Source of the DNA: a virus
Reading direction: 5' to 3' (one strand)
Length of the DNA: 64,000 nt
IMG/VR virus record: IMGVR_UViG_3300045988_035499
The notes under the pieces are model-generated. The model was not told the DNA's origin. It made no database searches and worked only from the letters and a program-made list of their open reading frames with translations. Positions 24,729-35,400 of the stretch are shown in pieces. The position numbers and the translations under genes were made by a program. The number at the start of each line of letters is the position of its first letter. Position 1 is the first letter of the stretch.

Positions 24729-25883
24729 TTAATTTGCACGCAATTGACGTACAATAGAATTCCACATAGACTCGTTGCTAGTGTTATCCTGTTTTCTAGT
24801 TTTTCTACTTACTCCAGTTCTATTGAGACTATCTTTAAATTTGCTTATAGCCTTATTGGAGCCTTCAGTCTTTGCAGCTTTAAGCAAAGTATCTCCCTTC
24901 ATAGTAAAGTATGCAGATTCTAGTAAATTTTTCACGCTCTTAGACCAATCTTTTTGATATTGGGTCATTCCATCAGCAGTAGGTTTGAATATGTATTCCA
25001 ATAGCGTCTTCTTATCCTTCTCAGGAATCTTTACACCACGAATGTTATCCAACCCTTTTATTTCGTTGACAACGGAGTTAAAATAGTCCTGTTGTTTCTT
25101 TCTATTCAGCTCAGCAGTCTTTTTCTGCTCTTCCAATAGCTGTTGTTTCTTTTCTTCTCTAATCTCCTTCAATGATTCGAGAGCGTCTACAGCCTCATCT
25201 TCAAGCAATCCGGCTTCTTCATATTTAGTAAGTTTCTTCTCAATGGACTTACTACTAAAGCCTTTTTCTTTCAGAAATTCTTTAAGTACTAATTTCTGAT
25301 TTACTTCATCATCTTCGATGTTAATATCGTCAATATTTAGTTCTCCGTCAATCTGGAAATAATCTTTAAGATTACCGCCATTCTTTACAAATTCATCCAA
25401 CTGTGCTACTTCTTCGCTAGCATACTGTGGAACTGAATTCTCTTCTATTACATTTTGGAAGTAGTCGATTAGATCTTCTACAGTTTTAGGTTTTTCTTCA
25501 TCTTCTATATCTTCCCAACCTAATTTTTCAGATAATGAATCAAAGAATCCAGAAACGACAGTTGTCTCATTTTCATTTATTTCTTCAGTATCTTCATCTT
25601 CGTTCTCTGTCTCTTCTTCAGTATCTTCTATCTCTTCCTTCTTAGACTTCTTATTAGTCTTAGCAGGCTTTACATCTTCCTCTTCTTCATCTTCCTCAGA
25701 ATCCTCTGTATTGCTCCTCTTACCTTGTTTACGAATTTCTTCTAACTCTTCATCAGTAAGTTCTTCTACAATAGCATCATCTTCTGTTTCTGTTTCAGGC
25801 TTTTCTATAATTGTCGTTTTTGTCATTGCACCTGGCGCGAAGTCTTCAAATACTTCAAAGCCGTTTAATGTAGTCTTATCCAT
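24729..25883 (-). CDS. scaffolding-like protein (highly acidic, coiled-coil)
   Basis: 384 aa with a long Glu/Asp tract and Lys/Glu helices. Lies immediately upstream of the capsid gene. TAG-free. Confidence 0.5.
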   Translation of the reverse strand: MDKTTLNGFEVFEDFAPGAMTKTTIIEKPETETEDDAIVEELTDEELEEIRKQGKRSNTEDSEEDEEEEDVKPAKTNKKSKKEEIEDTEEETENEDEDTEEINENETTVVSGFFDSLSEKLGWEDIEDEEKPKTVEDLIDYFQNVIEENSVPQYASEEVAQLDEFVKNGGNLKDYFQIDGELNIDDINIEDDEVNQKLVLKEFLKEKGFSSKSIEKKLTKYEEAGLLEDEAVDALESLKEIREEKKQQLLEEQKKTAELNRKKQQDYFNSVVNEIKGLDNIRGVKIPEKDKKTLLEYIFKPTADGMTQYQKDWSKSVKNLLESAYFTMKGDTLLKAAKTEGSNKAISKFKDSLNRTGVSRKTRKQDNTSNESMWNSIVRQLRAN

Positions 25884-25900
25884 AATTAGTATTAATTAGA

Positions 25901-26137
25901 TTATTTGTTTTTCTTTCTTCCACCCTTTTTCCATTTTTTAGCATTTTGAGCAAATATAGCCCTCTTTCTAGTCAAAGGATTTTTACTGTGTGTAAGTTCT
26001 TCAGTTGTTTTACCTGTTCTTTTCTTTAAGGCGTTGAACTTGCCTCTATTCTTTTTCTTTATATGTATACCACCATCCTTGTAAGATGGTACAGGGTATT
26101 CTGGTATAATGCCAGCATAGTCTATTAGATCACTCAT
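25901..26137 (-). CDS. small highly basic protein
   Basis: ATG 26137-26135 overlaps the TGA of the upstream gene. Lys/Arg-rich C-terminus. Confidence 0.45.
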   Translation of the reverse strand: MSDLIDYAGIIPEYPVPSYKDGGIHIKKKNRGKFNALKKRTGKTTEELTHSKNPLTRKRAIFAQNAKKWKKGGRKKNK

Positions 26138-27386
26138 TGTTATTAAAGTATTGATTAACACCCATAGCTCCTACGCCAAGTAAAGGCACAGTATTGAACC
26201 ATTTTGTATACTGTTTAAGATTCTTAAACTACTTACTAGCCTTAGATACTCCTCGTAAAGATGAAATATCAGATACTTTCTATAATACTTCTTTTAGTTC
26301 CTATTCACTGACTTTCTATCCTCTATTGTTAATTAACCCATTCTGAAACATATATTCTCTTAATTGATTCATATGAGATTTCTGTTCACTAGGTTTAAGA
26401 TAATATCCTTTTGAATCTATAGGTTTGCTAGAAAAGTCTTTGCTCATCTAATAGAACATATTGCTATCACCTTCAGCACTTGGTCTATTTTTATTACGAA
26501 GAAAATCTACATAATGACCATATTCATGTTCTGTTAAAAATTCGTCCAAATTGGTCATATTTGGATCTATTCTATAACTGTAAGTACCATTAGCATTTCT
26601 CATTGAACCAGATGTTCCATTACCTAAATCCATTAACTACACTTTAGGTAATTTTGTAGGGTCTACATTATAACTATCAATAATATCAGCGTATGGAGTA
26701 ATATAATCATCACCAAATGCTTTCTTTACTTCCTTAGCTCTAATCATATAATTAGGATCATCCATCAATCTTTCTGCTATATTATAACTTTGATTAACAG
26801 CCTTTGTACGTTTTGCAAGCTACACGTTATCATAATTAATAGCTTCATCTATTCTGTTTTGTACATAGTTAGGTCTTACTGTCATATCAAAGTTATAATT
26901 ACTAACTTTAGTTTTTGGAGTTACACCTTTGTACTTTTTTCTAAAGTTCTTAACTGTAGTAGGTACAAAGGGTATCATAGTAAGTGCAGCTAATCCTGCA
27001 CCAAGCCAGTCATCATTCTTTATTGCCTAATAAGTATCATTTATAGCAATAACATCACCAATAGGAGTAAAATTCGCAACATCTTCTAAATTTGTTATAG
27101 GTTTAAGTCCTCTGACCATAGGTCTATTATCGAACTTACTTATTTCATCCGTAGAGTTATTAATATAGTCATAATACTACTCTTCAGTATATTTCTGACC
27201 ATATTTATCAGTATACAATTTGCCTTTATAAGGAATACGTTCAATAGGTTCAGGTCTGTTAGTAGGTGGCACTTCGCCACCATCAGCAAATGCTGATACT
27301 TTCCAATCTAAATAGGTCTTACCAGGATTTGACTCCCGGTAAGCCTTTAGATTCTGCATTCTTTGTTTAAATGCTTTCTTATCCAT
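26130..27386 (-). CDS. virion-module protein with an HExxH motif (HEYGH)
   Basis: ORFs 27177..27386 and 26448..26633 share frame 0. Nine TAG (27177, 27027, 26820, 26637, 26448, 26316, 26301, 26280, 26229). TGA at 26130. Confidence 0.55.
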
Positions 27387-27465
27387 AACTTTTCAATTAT
27401 TTCTTTCCACCTTTGCCCTTCTTAGAGCCAGATTTCTTTCCTCCGCATGCCATAATTATTTCTCC

Positions 27466-27930
27466 TTATAATGTTTTAATATATTCTAAAAAACCTTTCT
27501 TACCATACTTTTTGTATGTTTTCTTTCTATTTTTGATTTTATATTTGTTAAGATTTTCAGGCTTACGAGTTTTTAGATAGTCTAAATTCTCAGCATTAGC
27601 ATAAGCCTCCATTTCATAACAAATAGTATAATAAGCTCCTGAAGCTGGATGTATTATTGGATTTCCTTTTAACCATTGTATTAAGTAAGACCAATAGTAC
27701 TTCAACCAAGAACCTTTATCTTTAGCCTAGTATAAGTGAATAGTCTCATGATTCCAAGTAGTAGGAGTTATAAGACTTTCATCTTTTCTAGATAATAGAT
27801 ACCCACACCAACTCATTGCAGAATACCCACTAGCTGGGTAATGTTCCATATGTTTATACTAAACTTTATCTGCCTTTACTTTAGTGAATAACTATTTAAT
27901 AATCCACCATGTTTCTTTAAACCAATTCAT
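27466..27930 (-). CDS. small protein with an HExxH motif (HETIH)
   Basis: ATG 27930-27928. Three TAG (27892, 27859, 27727). TAA at 27466. Confidence 0.5.
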
Positions 27931-27931
27931 A

Positions 27932-30436
27932 TTACTTCTCTCCTACCGTTTTATTCTTCAGTGCCGTGCGTGCTTTCAACCTTTCACGTTCCAAAGCTGC
28001 GTTATCTTTTTGTTTTTGTAGCTACTTCTAAGCTTCTAACTTTTGCTTTTCTAATTCAATTTTCTTATCTTCGATCTCTTTCTTCATCTTTTGTTCACGA
28101 ATTTTAGTATTGAATTCAAACTGTTTAGAGGCTTCATCAGATGCTTGTTTTCTTTCAGCTAAGGCTTGATTTGCTATCTCTATAGGATCGGGTATTCCAT
28201 TATTATCCTAGTCCATATCCTCTACACCCCTATAAGCATTGAGTTGAGCTACAGTGATCTTAGTAGCATTATCAGAATCTATCTTATACTTCTCAAGATC
28301 CATCTCAGCTTCCTTAATCATAAGTTCTTCTTCCTTAACTTCATTCTGCATTTGGATCATTTGCTGTTCACGTTGAGCTTGAGCTTCTTCTATAGCTTGT
28401 TGCTGTTCCATACGTTTCTACTCTATTTCTTCAAGTTTACCCTTGATCATAGTAACATTATCCATAGTAATAATCTCAGCAATATCAAGTAAGCTAGCTC
28501 CATTTTGCATAGCAGGCTGCATAAGATTTCTAAGGGCTTCTATCTGTTGTTGATTTTTAGTAGTGTCTTCTACAAATATATCATAGTCCTCATAGAAGAA
28601 ATTTTCAGATAAAGTAATGAAAGCTCTAGTAGCATCATCTAGTATGTAATGTAATTCTGTCTTATTATCTTTCCATACATACTTAGCTGTGTTGAGCAAC
28701 ATTGTGATAGCTTCCTTCTTCACTTGGTTATGCACCCAAAACCAAGGTTCAGTGATATGAGCAGACTGTACTACAGATCTTTCTACATTACCTACTAATT
28801 CATTAGATGCTATAGCTCCCTCACGCTGTTTACTTACTCCAGATATTTCAGACAGCATACTTTCAATCTTATCCATCAAATTGATGTATTGATCAATAGT
28901 ATTAGCCATAGAAAGGTCTAATGCAGTAATCTAGTTGAACTATGATGGTTTACCACCTTCTCTACCAGGTATGTCCCAACCCTCTTCATATGGGTTGATA
29001 AAGTTAACGCCAAGAGCAGATAAATAGTGCATCCATTTAGATACATCTATGTTCATAGACTTAGGTATCTGAGTAATATCCATATTTACTACTTTACCTT
29101 TATCTCTAGACATAGCTAACTCCAATCTATACCAAAGTACTATGTACATATACTGTAAAGGTTTCATCATACTAACTAGACTTCTAGGTCTACTATTAGT
29201 ATTATTATATATTACTCCAGTATATGGTAATCTTTGAGCATTAGGATTATCTGCAGATACATACTGATAGTCTACAGGCTATATTCCTACATAACCGTCT
29301 TCACCGTATCTATACCCTTCCCATACTTCAATTATCCATTTCCACTCTACATTCAACTCCATACCAGTTTCTTTATAAGTTTCATCAACTTCATATTCTT
29401 CTGGCATACCAGTTTCAGGATCAATTACAGTTACAAATCCAATCTTCTTAAATGACTTCCAACAACAATGCCACAATCTAATATTGTCTGAACCGTCAAA
29501 TGGATTAGAAGTGAATCCGTTTATGTTATGTAATTTGATATGAGCATAGTCTAATGATGTCTTTCTAAGTTCTGGATTTATACCTCCTTTGGCACCATCT
29601 TCCATTAGCTCCAGGAGCTCATTTAACTACTTCTCAGACATTTTATCATACAACCTGTCATATATCTCAGTTGCAGACATAATCATCTCATAACAGCACC
29701 ATTGTGCCTCGTGAATAAACTCTATATCTGATGTTTCAGTGTCATAATCAAAGTATAAAGGATTGATGCGTTGCATACATGGTTGTCCATTTAATACTCC
29801 TACATAGTATATCTCTTCTCCACCTATCAAAGCGTCTTTCCACCCTTTAAAGAATTCATGAGTAATATTAAGTTTATTCTTTAAATAATTAAGACTATGA
29901 TATGCTGTTATCTCTGCTATATCCTTATAGTCTTTACTCATGTATTTCTATATCTATTCTGGAGTCATAATCTCTCCAGACTCTAAAGCTTGCTGATATC
30001 TTTGCTATTCTTCAGGCCCTAGCTTACTCATAATAGTAGCCTGAATATAGTCTATTAACATCTATTTAGCTTTATCTTGCATCTCACTAGTAGCAATATC
30101 ACTAGTACGTGTAACTCGGAAGTTAAATGGCCTTTTAGTTTCCTCTCCTAATAGTAAGTCTATCTTTGGCTTGATTATATTATAATCCTAAGCCATAGCT
30201 GGGAATCCATCCTACTATTTAAAAGGATTTGTAACATACTTTAGATCTTTCTCATTATATATACTATTGTAAAGATCATAGTAAGTCTACATTTCTTCCT
30301 TACGTGTCCTAGTATTGCCATTTCTAGATCCTCCCTAACTGTGTCCTATAATATAGTCTACACAGGCTTCCTACCAAGCTTTTGTCTTCTTAGACATAGG
30401 AAGTTTCTATATCGGAAACTGATTGATATTATTCAT
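27932..30436 (-). CDS. portal protein
   Basis: Five ORF fragments (29627.., 29279.., 28940.., 28418.., 28208..) share frame 2. ATG 30436-30434, TAA 27934-27932. 19 in-frame TAG. About 834 aa, immediately downstream of TerL. Confidence 0.75.
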
Positions 30437-30438
30437 AA

Positions 30439-32490
30439 TTAAAACATATATGCTTCTATATTATTATCGATTTCATCGTCATGAAACCAATCTTGAGTAA
30501 AAATAGGACCGTCAAACAATACTCGATTCCTATTTTCGTTCTTTTTCTCTTTTACTTTAACATTATATAGCTGTTCTCTATATATCATTACCTGCATCAA
30601 CGCCATGACTCTATCGAAGTTTGCTGTATCATTATAACTGATAAGCTCTTCTAATAGCGGCTCTGATAGTATGTTGTGTAGGTTCTTCTTACCTGGTGAT
30701 TGTTCTTCGTTAAGCCAGTCTTTAATTAAGCCTTCTCCCCATTGCTTAATCTATTTGTTCATGTGACAACCTTTCTTTCTTTGAACTTTGGAGTTTCCAA
30801 CAACATCGGAAATAATATCGGGTTGATCAGCCAACAAATAGTCACAATGCTTAGCAGTAAAGTAAGGAAAAAGACCTTTTCGTTCGTTTTCATACATGAT
30901 ACGCCCGTTATAGTACACAGCTAATTTGCGAAGATTTTCATAGTACTCTTCAGCTGTCTAAGGCCTTCCTGTATATTCTGCAACAATAATATCGTAGTAG
31001 TTTTCAAAATTCTAAAATCTCTTATAAACAAATGTAGAACCTAACGAATTAGTACCCGATTGATCGTGGTCATAAGGGTCTACTCCTAATATATATAATC
31101 CTATAGGAGCATCCTTCATAGGGTGTTCCCATATCACTATAGCACCAGTTGGATCATCATCCTTCTTTAAAGGATAATGTGTTACATCTCCATGTTTCTT
31201 AATAACCCACTTAAGTGTACCATCTGGCTCCCACACTAGATCTCCAACCTATTTTACATTACTAAGACTCTTATTAGTACGTATTTTAGCTAACTGTTCT
31301 TGTAGTTCTTTCTTAGGGAATATATTACCGCCAAACTCCAAACATGCTTCCTATGGGGTTATACAGTGTTCTGCTACATATCTATCTACTGCTACAGAGT
31401 TAGTAGCATTTTCTACTACTTTTCTACGTTCAGATAATATGTACTCTACAGACTTCTTATACAGAGTATTACCATCTTTATCCATGTAGATTCTGTTGCC
31501 ATTCTCATCACGGAAGTCCATATTAGTATACTGTGGTATAAAGAATCCACATTGCTTATCTGATGGAGTTTCGTCCCATATATTATCAAATCCTAGACAG
31601 TTATAACCATCTGGATTATAGAACATATCTTTAAGAGTCTCAAAGTGGCTATCTTCATCTCCGCCAGTACCAAAAGCAATCATTGTACCAAATGCTACAC
31701 CGTCTTGTTCTACAGAAGGTCTAGCAATCTGCCATGCAGCACCTAGTTCAGAAAATGAACCAGCCTCTTCAAATATAATAAGTTTACCGGCTTTACCACG
31801 TACTACGTCAGGATTATCTTTTAGAGTAACACCAATAATCTCTGATTTGAAACCTAATTCCACCTCATTACCATATTCATCTTTAGTAAAGAAACCTGCA
31901 CGTTTACGCATCGAAGTATTAACAGATCTTTTCTTACCCCACGCAGTATTCTTATCTATAAAGTCCATATAATCCCAAGCTTTAGTAAGAATACCATCCT
32001 CTGTCAGGTATTGCTTATTGCTTGCGTATATATATGTCTTGCTACCAGGAAATAAGTAATAGTTACGGCATGCCATTGCTGCATTCTTGTATGAATAACC
32101 TTTACGTCTACTCTTTAATGCGCATAAATGTTTACCTAAACCTTCTGCATCTTCTACTGCTAGAAAGAAGTAATAGTCATAATCGTAAAAGTCAGGGAAC
32201 TGCAATTCACGAGTTTTCTTTACTTTAGTAGTTCCATCTAGGTTAGTTATAGTCGTATATATAATTCGTTGTATAGGACAGAAATTTAAATAAAAATAGT
32301 TATACCCACTAATGAAATCACCATCATCAGCAGTATAACCATACTTACATCTATCTCTCTACTCATCCCAGTATTTGAAGTACTCCGATGTACCTTGAGG
32401 ATACTAACAATAAGAACCAGACGCTAAATACTATAGTGCTGGTCCCCTAAATTTATCGGACTATTTAATTTTTTTAGTAAAGTCGACCAT
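30439..32490 (-). CDS. terminase large subunit
   Basis: Frame 1 runs continuously from ATG 32490 to TAA 30439 with nine TAG. Has an ATPase Walker B-like LIIFEEAGSF, a nuclease-domain GVDPYDHD, and C-terminal NFDRVMALMQVMIY. Confidence 0.8.
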
Positions 32491-32707
32491 GTTTTTCTAT
32501 ATTTATATTCCAATTATATTTCTTACTATCTATAGTACATTCATTCGGCGGTAATAAAAGACTATCTAAAGGAAAATTAATCTCGCTATTTTCTGCATGA
32601 ATTACTTCAAGGCTACTTTCCAAAATAAGCATGATAGTAGTATCCTTTAAATTAGGATATAATTCTTTTAGATATTTATAAAATTCTATTTTCTTTTGGT
32701 CTTCCAT
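32474..32707 (-). CDS. hypothetical 77-aa protein
   Basis: Intact ORF that starts right after the structured RNA and overlaps the TerL start by 17 nt. No recognisable motif. Confidence 0.35.
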   Translation of the reverse strand: MEDQKKIEFYKYLKELYPNLKDTTIMLILESSLEVIHAENSEINFPLDSLLLPPNECTIDSKKYNWNINIEKHGRLY

Positions 32708-32709
32708 AA

Positions 32710-33142
32710 TACTATTTAAAAGGGGCGCGTTTCACAACGAACCCCCTCTCTTAACCTTAAAACTCTTTTTTTAATGAAATCAATGTTTTTTACAAAACCC
32801 TGAAGTTTGTCTTACGACAGGGACAACAGGGGATTATAGGCTTAGAGTTTATACAGGAACTCTCTCAAACCTGCCCACTTACGATTGGGTCCATCATGAG
32901 CTGTGTTAACTATAAGCTTCCTTATATAGCTAGTGACTTAGGAATTTACGTTGTGCCGGCCTGCAACTTCACTATCGTAGAAAGGTTTGTGAGATAAAAT
33001 GCCAACGCCTCAGCTATCTCACACATTACCCAAATCGTGAATTGACCTTTCTAATAAATAAGTTAAAGGTAAGTAGAGGGTCATTCTTATCATATTTCAG
33101 AAGTTCGGATACTACCCACAGCTACTGCAAACTTACCTTTAT
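32710..33142 (-). ncRNA. group-I-intron-like structured RNA directly 3' of the suppressor tRNA
   Basis: No ORF. Nested long-range helices on the minus sense: AAAGGTAAGT/ACTTACCTTT, AGAAAGGT/ACCTTTCT, GTGTGAGATA/TATCTCACA, GTTG/CAAC. Also a CCTAAGTC element and a GAAG-capped hairpin. Ends in a GC stem plus a T run. Confidence 0.5.
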
Positions 33143-33182
33143 TGGTAGCCCCACTACGACTCGAACGCAGACTAAGAGGGTT

Positions 33183-34180
33183 CATTTACTCGACTATTGC
33201 ATCCAATCCTAAGATCAGTCTTCTCGTTTAGTCTGTCACGCTGCTTTCGCTTGCGCCTCGTCAACATTTCTGTCTTCCGAGTCAATTAGAGAAGATTCTA
33301 ATAGTGGATTATTTATTATCCCACTACCATCCAATATAGTCCAATAACTATTTAACCAAAAATTATCTTTATTGTAACTTATAGTTCTAGTGCAAGTTTT
33401 TATTCTTTTAGTCTTAACTTCACCTTTATCTATAAGGGCTTTGGCCGCTTCTACTAAACTTCCATATCGAGCTATTTCTTTATGGTTGTTATCGTATCGT
33501 ATTACATATCTTTGGTTTGAATGTTTTTGACCGGTCTCATTTACTATAGCAGTTACAACTTTGCGTCTAATACCTAGAATACTAGATACTTGTTTAACAT
33601 TTCTAACTCTGTCATAAGTATCAGATACTAACTTTCTTAATTCGTCAGTTATCTCATATTTAGATTCGTTTCTTTGTTGATTTCTACTACCATAAGTAGT
33701 GGTCTGACTATGACAATTAGGACAAAGAAATCTTAAATTTTCAAGTCTATTATCATTATTTATACCATTTATATGATCTACTTCTAAGCTTAATGTTTTA
33801 TCATTCCACTTATTTATCCCACATATGGCACATTTATAAGGTAATAGATTATTCTTTATTATACTTCTTCTAAGTACGGATCTTGTATGTTTACAATTTT
33901 CTCTAAATAGTACATCTGGAGATATCTCTTTGTCTTTATTAGATTTTAAGTAAGCATTCTTTCCTTTGAAATTAGAACTATCTAAGTTCAAGTCTGCCAT
34001 CCTTCGTTTGATTTGAGAATAGCCCCAAGAATTTCCGTTTGTTGTATATCCTAATTTAAATAATACTTCTGCAATATTTGTACTGTTGCATATTAATTCT
34101 ACAAACTGTTCGTCTGTACATTCGTATATTTTGTTTATCATAGCTTTATTTTTAACATTCAATTAATCATCGAACTTCTA
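33183..34180 (-). mobile_element. 998-nt intervening sequence in the tRNA anticodon loop (intron candidate with a homing-endonuclease ORF)
   Basis: U precedes the 5' break and G is the last nucleotide before exon 2, matching the group I splice-site rule. Almost all of it is the HNH ORF. A GAAA-capped hairpin (GCGCAAGCGAAAGCAGCGT) lies near the 3' end. Confidence 0.55.
33236..34141 (-). CDS. HNH homing endonuclease
   Basis: EVDHINGINNDNRLENLRFLCPNCHSQ is an HNH motif, flanked by CxxC pairs and a C-terminal helix-turn-helix-like region. ATG at 34141; the track's TTG start is at 34162. TGA at 33236. Confidence 0.8.
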   Translation of the reverse strand: MINKIYECTDEQFVELICNSTNIAEVLFKLGYTTNGNSWGYSQIKRRMADLNLDSSNFKGKNAYLKSNKDKEISPDVLFRENCKHTRSVLRRSIIKNNLLPYKCAICGINKWNDKTLSLEVDHINGINNDNRLENLRFLCPNCHSQTTTYGSRNQQRNESKYEITDELRKLVSDTYDRVRNVKQVSSILGIRRKVVTAIVNETGQKHSNQRYVIRYDNNHKEIARYGSLVEAAKALIDKGEVKTKRIKTCTRTISYNKDNFWLNSYWTILDGSGIINNPLLESSLIDSEDRNVDEAQAKAA

Positions 34181-34223
34181 AGAGCCTCCTGTGCTAACCA
34201 TTACACCATAGGGCAATATTAAG

Positions 34224-34327
34224 AGGGAGAGGAAGGACTCGAACCTTCAAACCCAAGAGCTTTATTAACGACGACTTTAGGGCGCTTCCGTCAATCTACT
34301 GCCGTATACCTATTCCGCCACTCTCCC
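34224..34327 (-). ncRNA. 104-nt tRNA-like element without a canonical anticodon arm
   Basis: GGGAGAG/CTCTCCC acceptor, a tRNA-Leu-like D region (TGGCGGAATAGGTATACGG) and a GAAGG-TTCGAGT-CCTTC T arm. The centre folds only as GACGG-13 nt-TCGTC; that loop contains CCCUAAA. Confidence 0.4.
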
Positions 34328-34378
34328 ATATACGTGGTTTCTTTTAAGACCCACCACGTAAGGTCCTACTGATGGTAT

Positions 34379-34507
34379 TTAGAACCATGAAATGATTCTC
34401 TTCAACCAAGATTTCTTAGGTCTTAATTTCTCGTCTATCTTATTAATCTGTTTCCAAATCTCATCTTGATTCTTTGTCAAATCTACCGTAAAACTCATCT
34501 TCTTCAT
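34379..34507 (-). CDS. 42-aa basic peptide (hypothetical)
   Basis: ATG 34507, TAA 34379. Followed by a 7-bp hairpin at 34332-34359. Confidence 0.3.
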   Translation of the reverse strand: MKKMSFTVDLTKNQDEIWKQINKIDEKLRPKKSWLKRIISWF

Positions 34508-34564
34508 TTTAAGTTATTTTAATATTATTAACGTATTGTTTTATTTAGGTTGTATTTTACTGTA

Positions 34565-35098
34565 TTATCCTGCCAACTCATATGGATTTACCTTAGCGTC
34601 TCCTTTGACTCTACCCATCATAGTTTCTTCAGATTTAACCATGCTTTCTAGAGTATCTATAACCTTAACCACTTTATCTACTTGAGCCATACCATTAAGT
34701 AAGTCCTTAATCTTCTTTTCATCAAGTACTTCATCCAAAGAATCTTTATAATACTGACTAATGCTATCCAATTTTAGACGCATGTTATTGAATAACTGTA
34801 AAGTCTTAGTATTAATGAACTCTTTATAGCCTTCTTCACATATAGTCTCTTCAGCATTAAGTTTATAGTTAGAATCACCAAAGAATTGTTTCTTTAGTTT
34901 GGCCTCCCTAGTATCTTTATCCATACTGGTTACATATGGACTATTATACTTATTATTAAGCACAATATAACTTATTACTTTAGTAGCCCATACTTTATCA
35001 GGATCAGCATCGGCCTCCCATACTGTTCTAAAGCATGGGATACCTAATGCATCTGGGTGTATTTTTACTTTACCACCAATAAGATCAAATAGTTTCAT
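34565..35098 (-). CDS. hypothetical protein
   Basis: Intact 177-aa ORF. Its position upstream of the terminase region allows a small-terminase role, but no motif supports it. Confidence 0.45.
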   Translation of the reverse strand: MKLFDLIGGKVKIHPDALGIPCFRTVWEADADPDKVWATKVISYIVLNNKYNSPYVTSMDKDTREAKLKKQFFGDSNYKLNAEETICEEGYKEFINTKTLQLFNNMRLKLDSISQYYKDSLDEVLDEKKIKDLLNGMAQVDKVVKVIDTLESMVKSEETMMGRVKGDAKVNPYELAG

Positions 35099-35399
35099 TT
35101 GTAAGAACTTGTTTGTTATCTTTTTTACTCCACCTTATAAGATCGTCTTTAGCAAAAGCGTCAGAACAGACTATTGGTTTTAATGTCCACTTACTACTTA
35201 TAGTATCATATTTACTTAATATAAGTACAATATCCCCTAACTTATAATCTATTACTTCTTCTTCTGTTATTACTTGACCGTCCTACTATGCAACGTATAC
35301 GGTTCTACATTCAAAGTTATCAGATACATTTTTAATGCTATTAGTATCTGCTTTATATAAAATAGCATTACCGTACAGATCTATCAATAATTTATCCAT
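35085..35399 (-). CDS. hypothetical protein
   Basis: ATG 35399-35397. Two adjacent in-frame TAG (35286, 35283). TGA 35087-35085. Confidence 0.45.
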
Positions 35400-35400
35400 A

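Larger units (their letters stand above)
33143..34215 (-). tRNA. amber-suppressor tRNA (anticodon CUA), split into exon 1 (34215-34181) and exon 2 (33182-33143, CCA encoded)
   Basis: Joined exons give a 72-nt cloverleaf: TGCCCTA TG GTGT AATGGTTA GCAC A GGAGG CTCT|AAC CCTCT TAGT CTGCG TTCGAGT CGTAG TGGGGCT A CCA. All four arms pair. The acceptor stem pairs at 6/7 positions, with U1xU72 mismatched. Confidence 0.7.

Noticed and set aside
27397-27453. 18-codon ORF MACGGKKSGSKKGKGGKK between two virion genes.
   Set aside because: It is too short and too low in complexity to support without expression data.
2365-32490. Fragmented minus-strand ORFs could indicate pseudogenes, assembly errors or frameshifts.
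   Set aside because: The fragments are in the same frame, every interruption is TAG, and essential genes (TerL, portal, capsid) are affected. A CUA-anticodon tRNA is encoded in the window. Recoding explains all of it.
32474-32707. Calling the 77-aa ORF upstream of TerL, or gene 34565..35098, the small terminase subunit.
   Set aside because: Only position supports this. I saw no DNA-binding or oligomerisation motif.
33146-33170. The T arm at 33170-33154 as part of a standalone tRNA.
   Set aside because: No matching 5' acceptor strand or D arm lies within 100 nt upstream on the minus sense. It fits only as exon 2 of the split tRNA.
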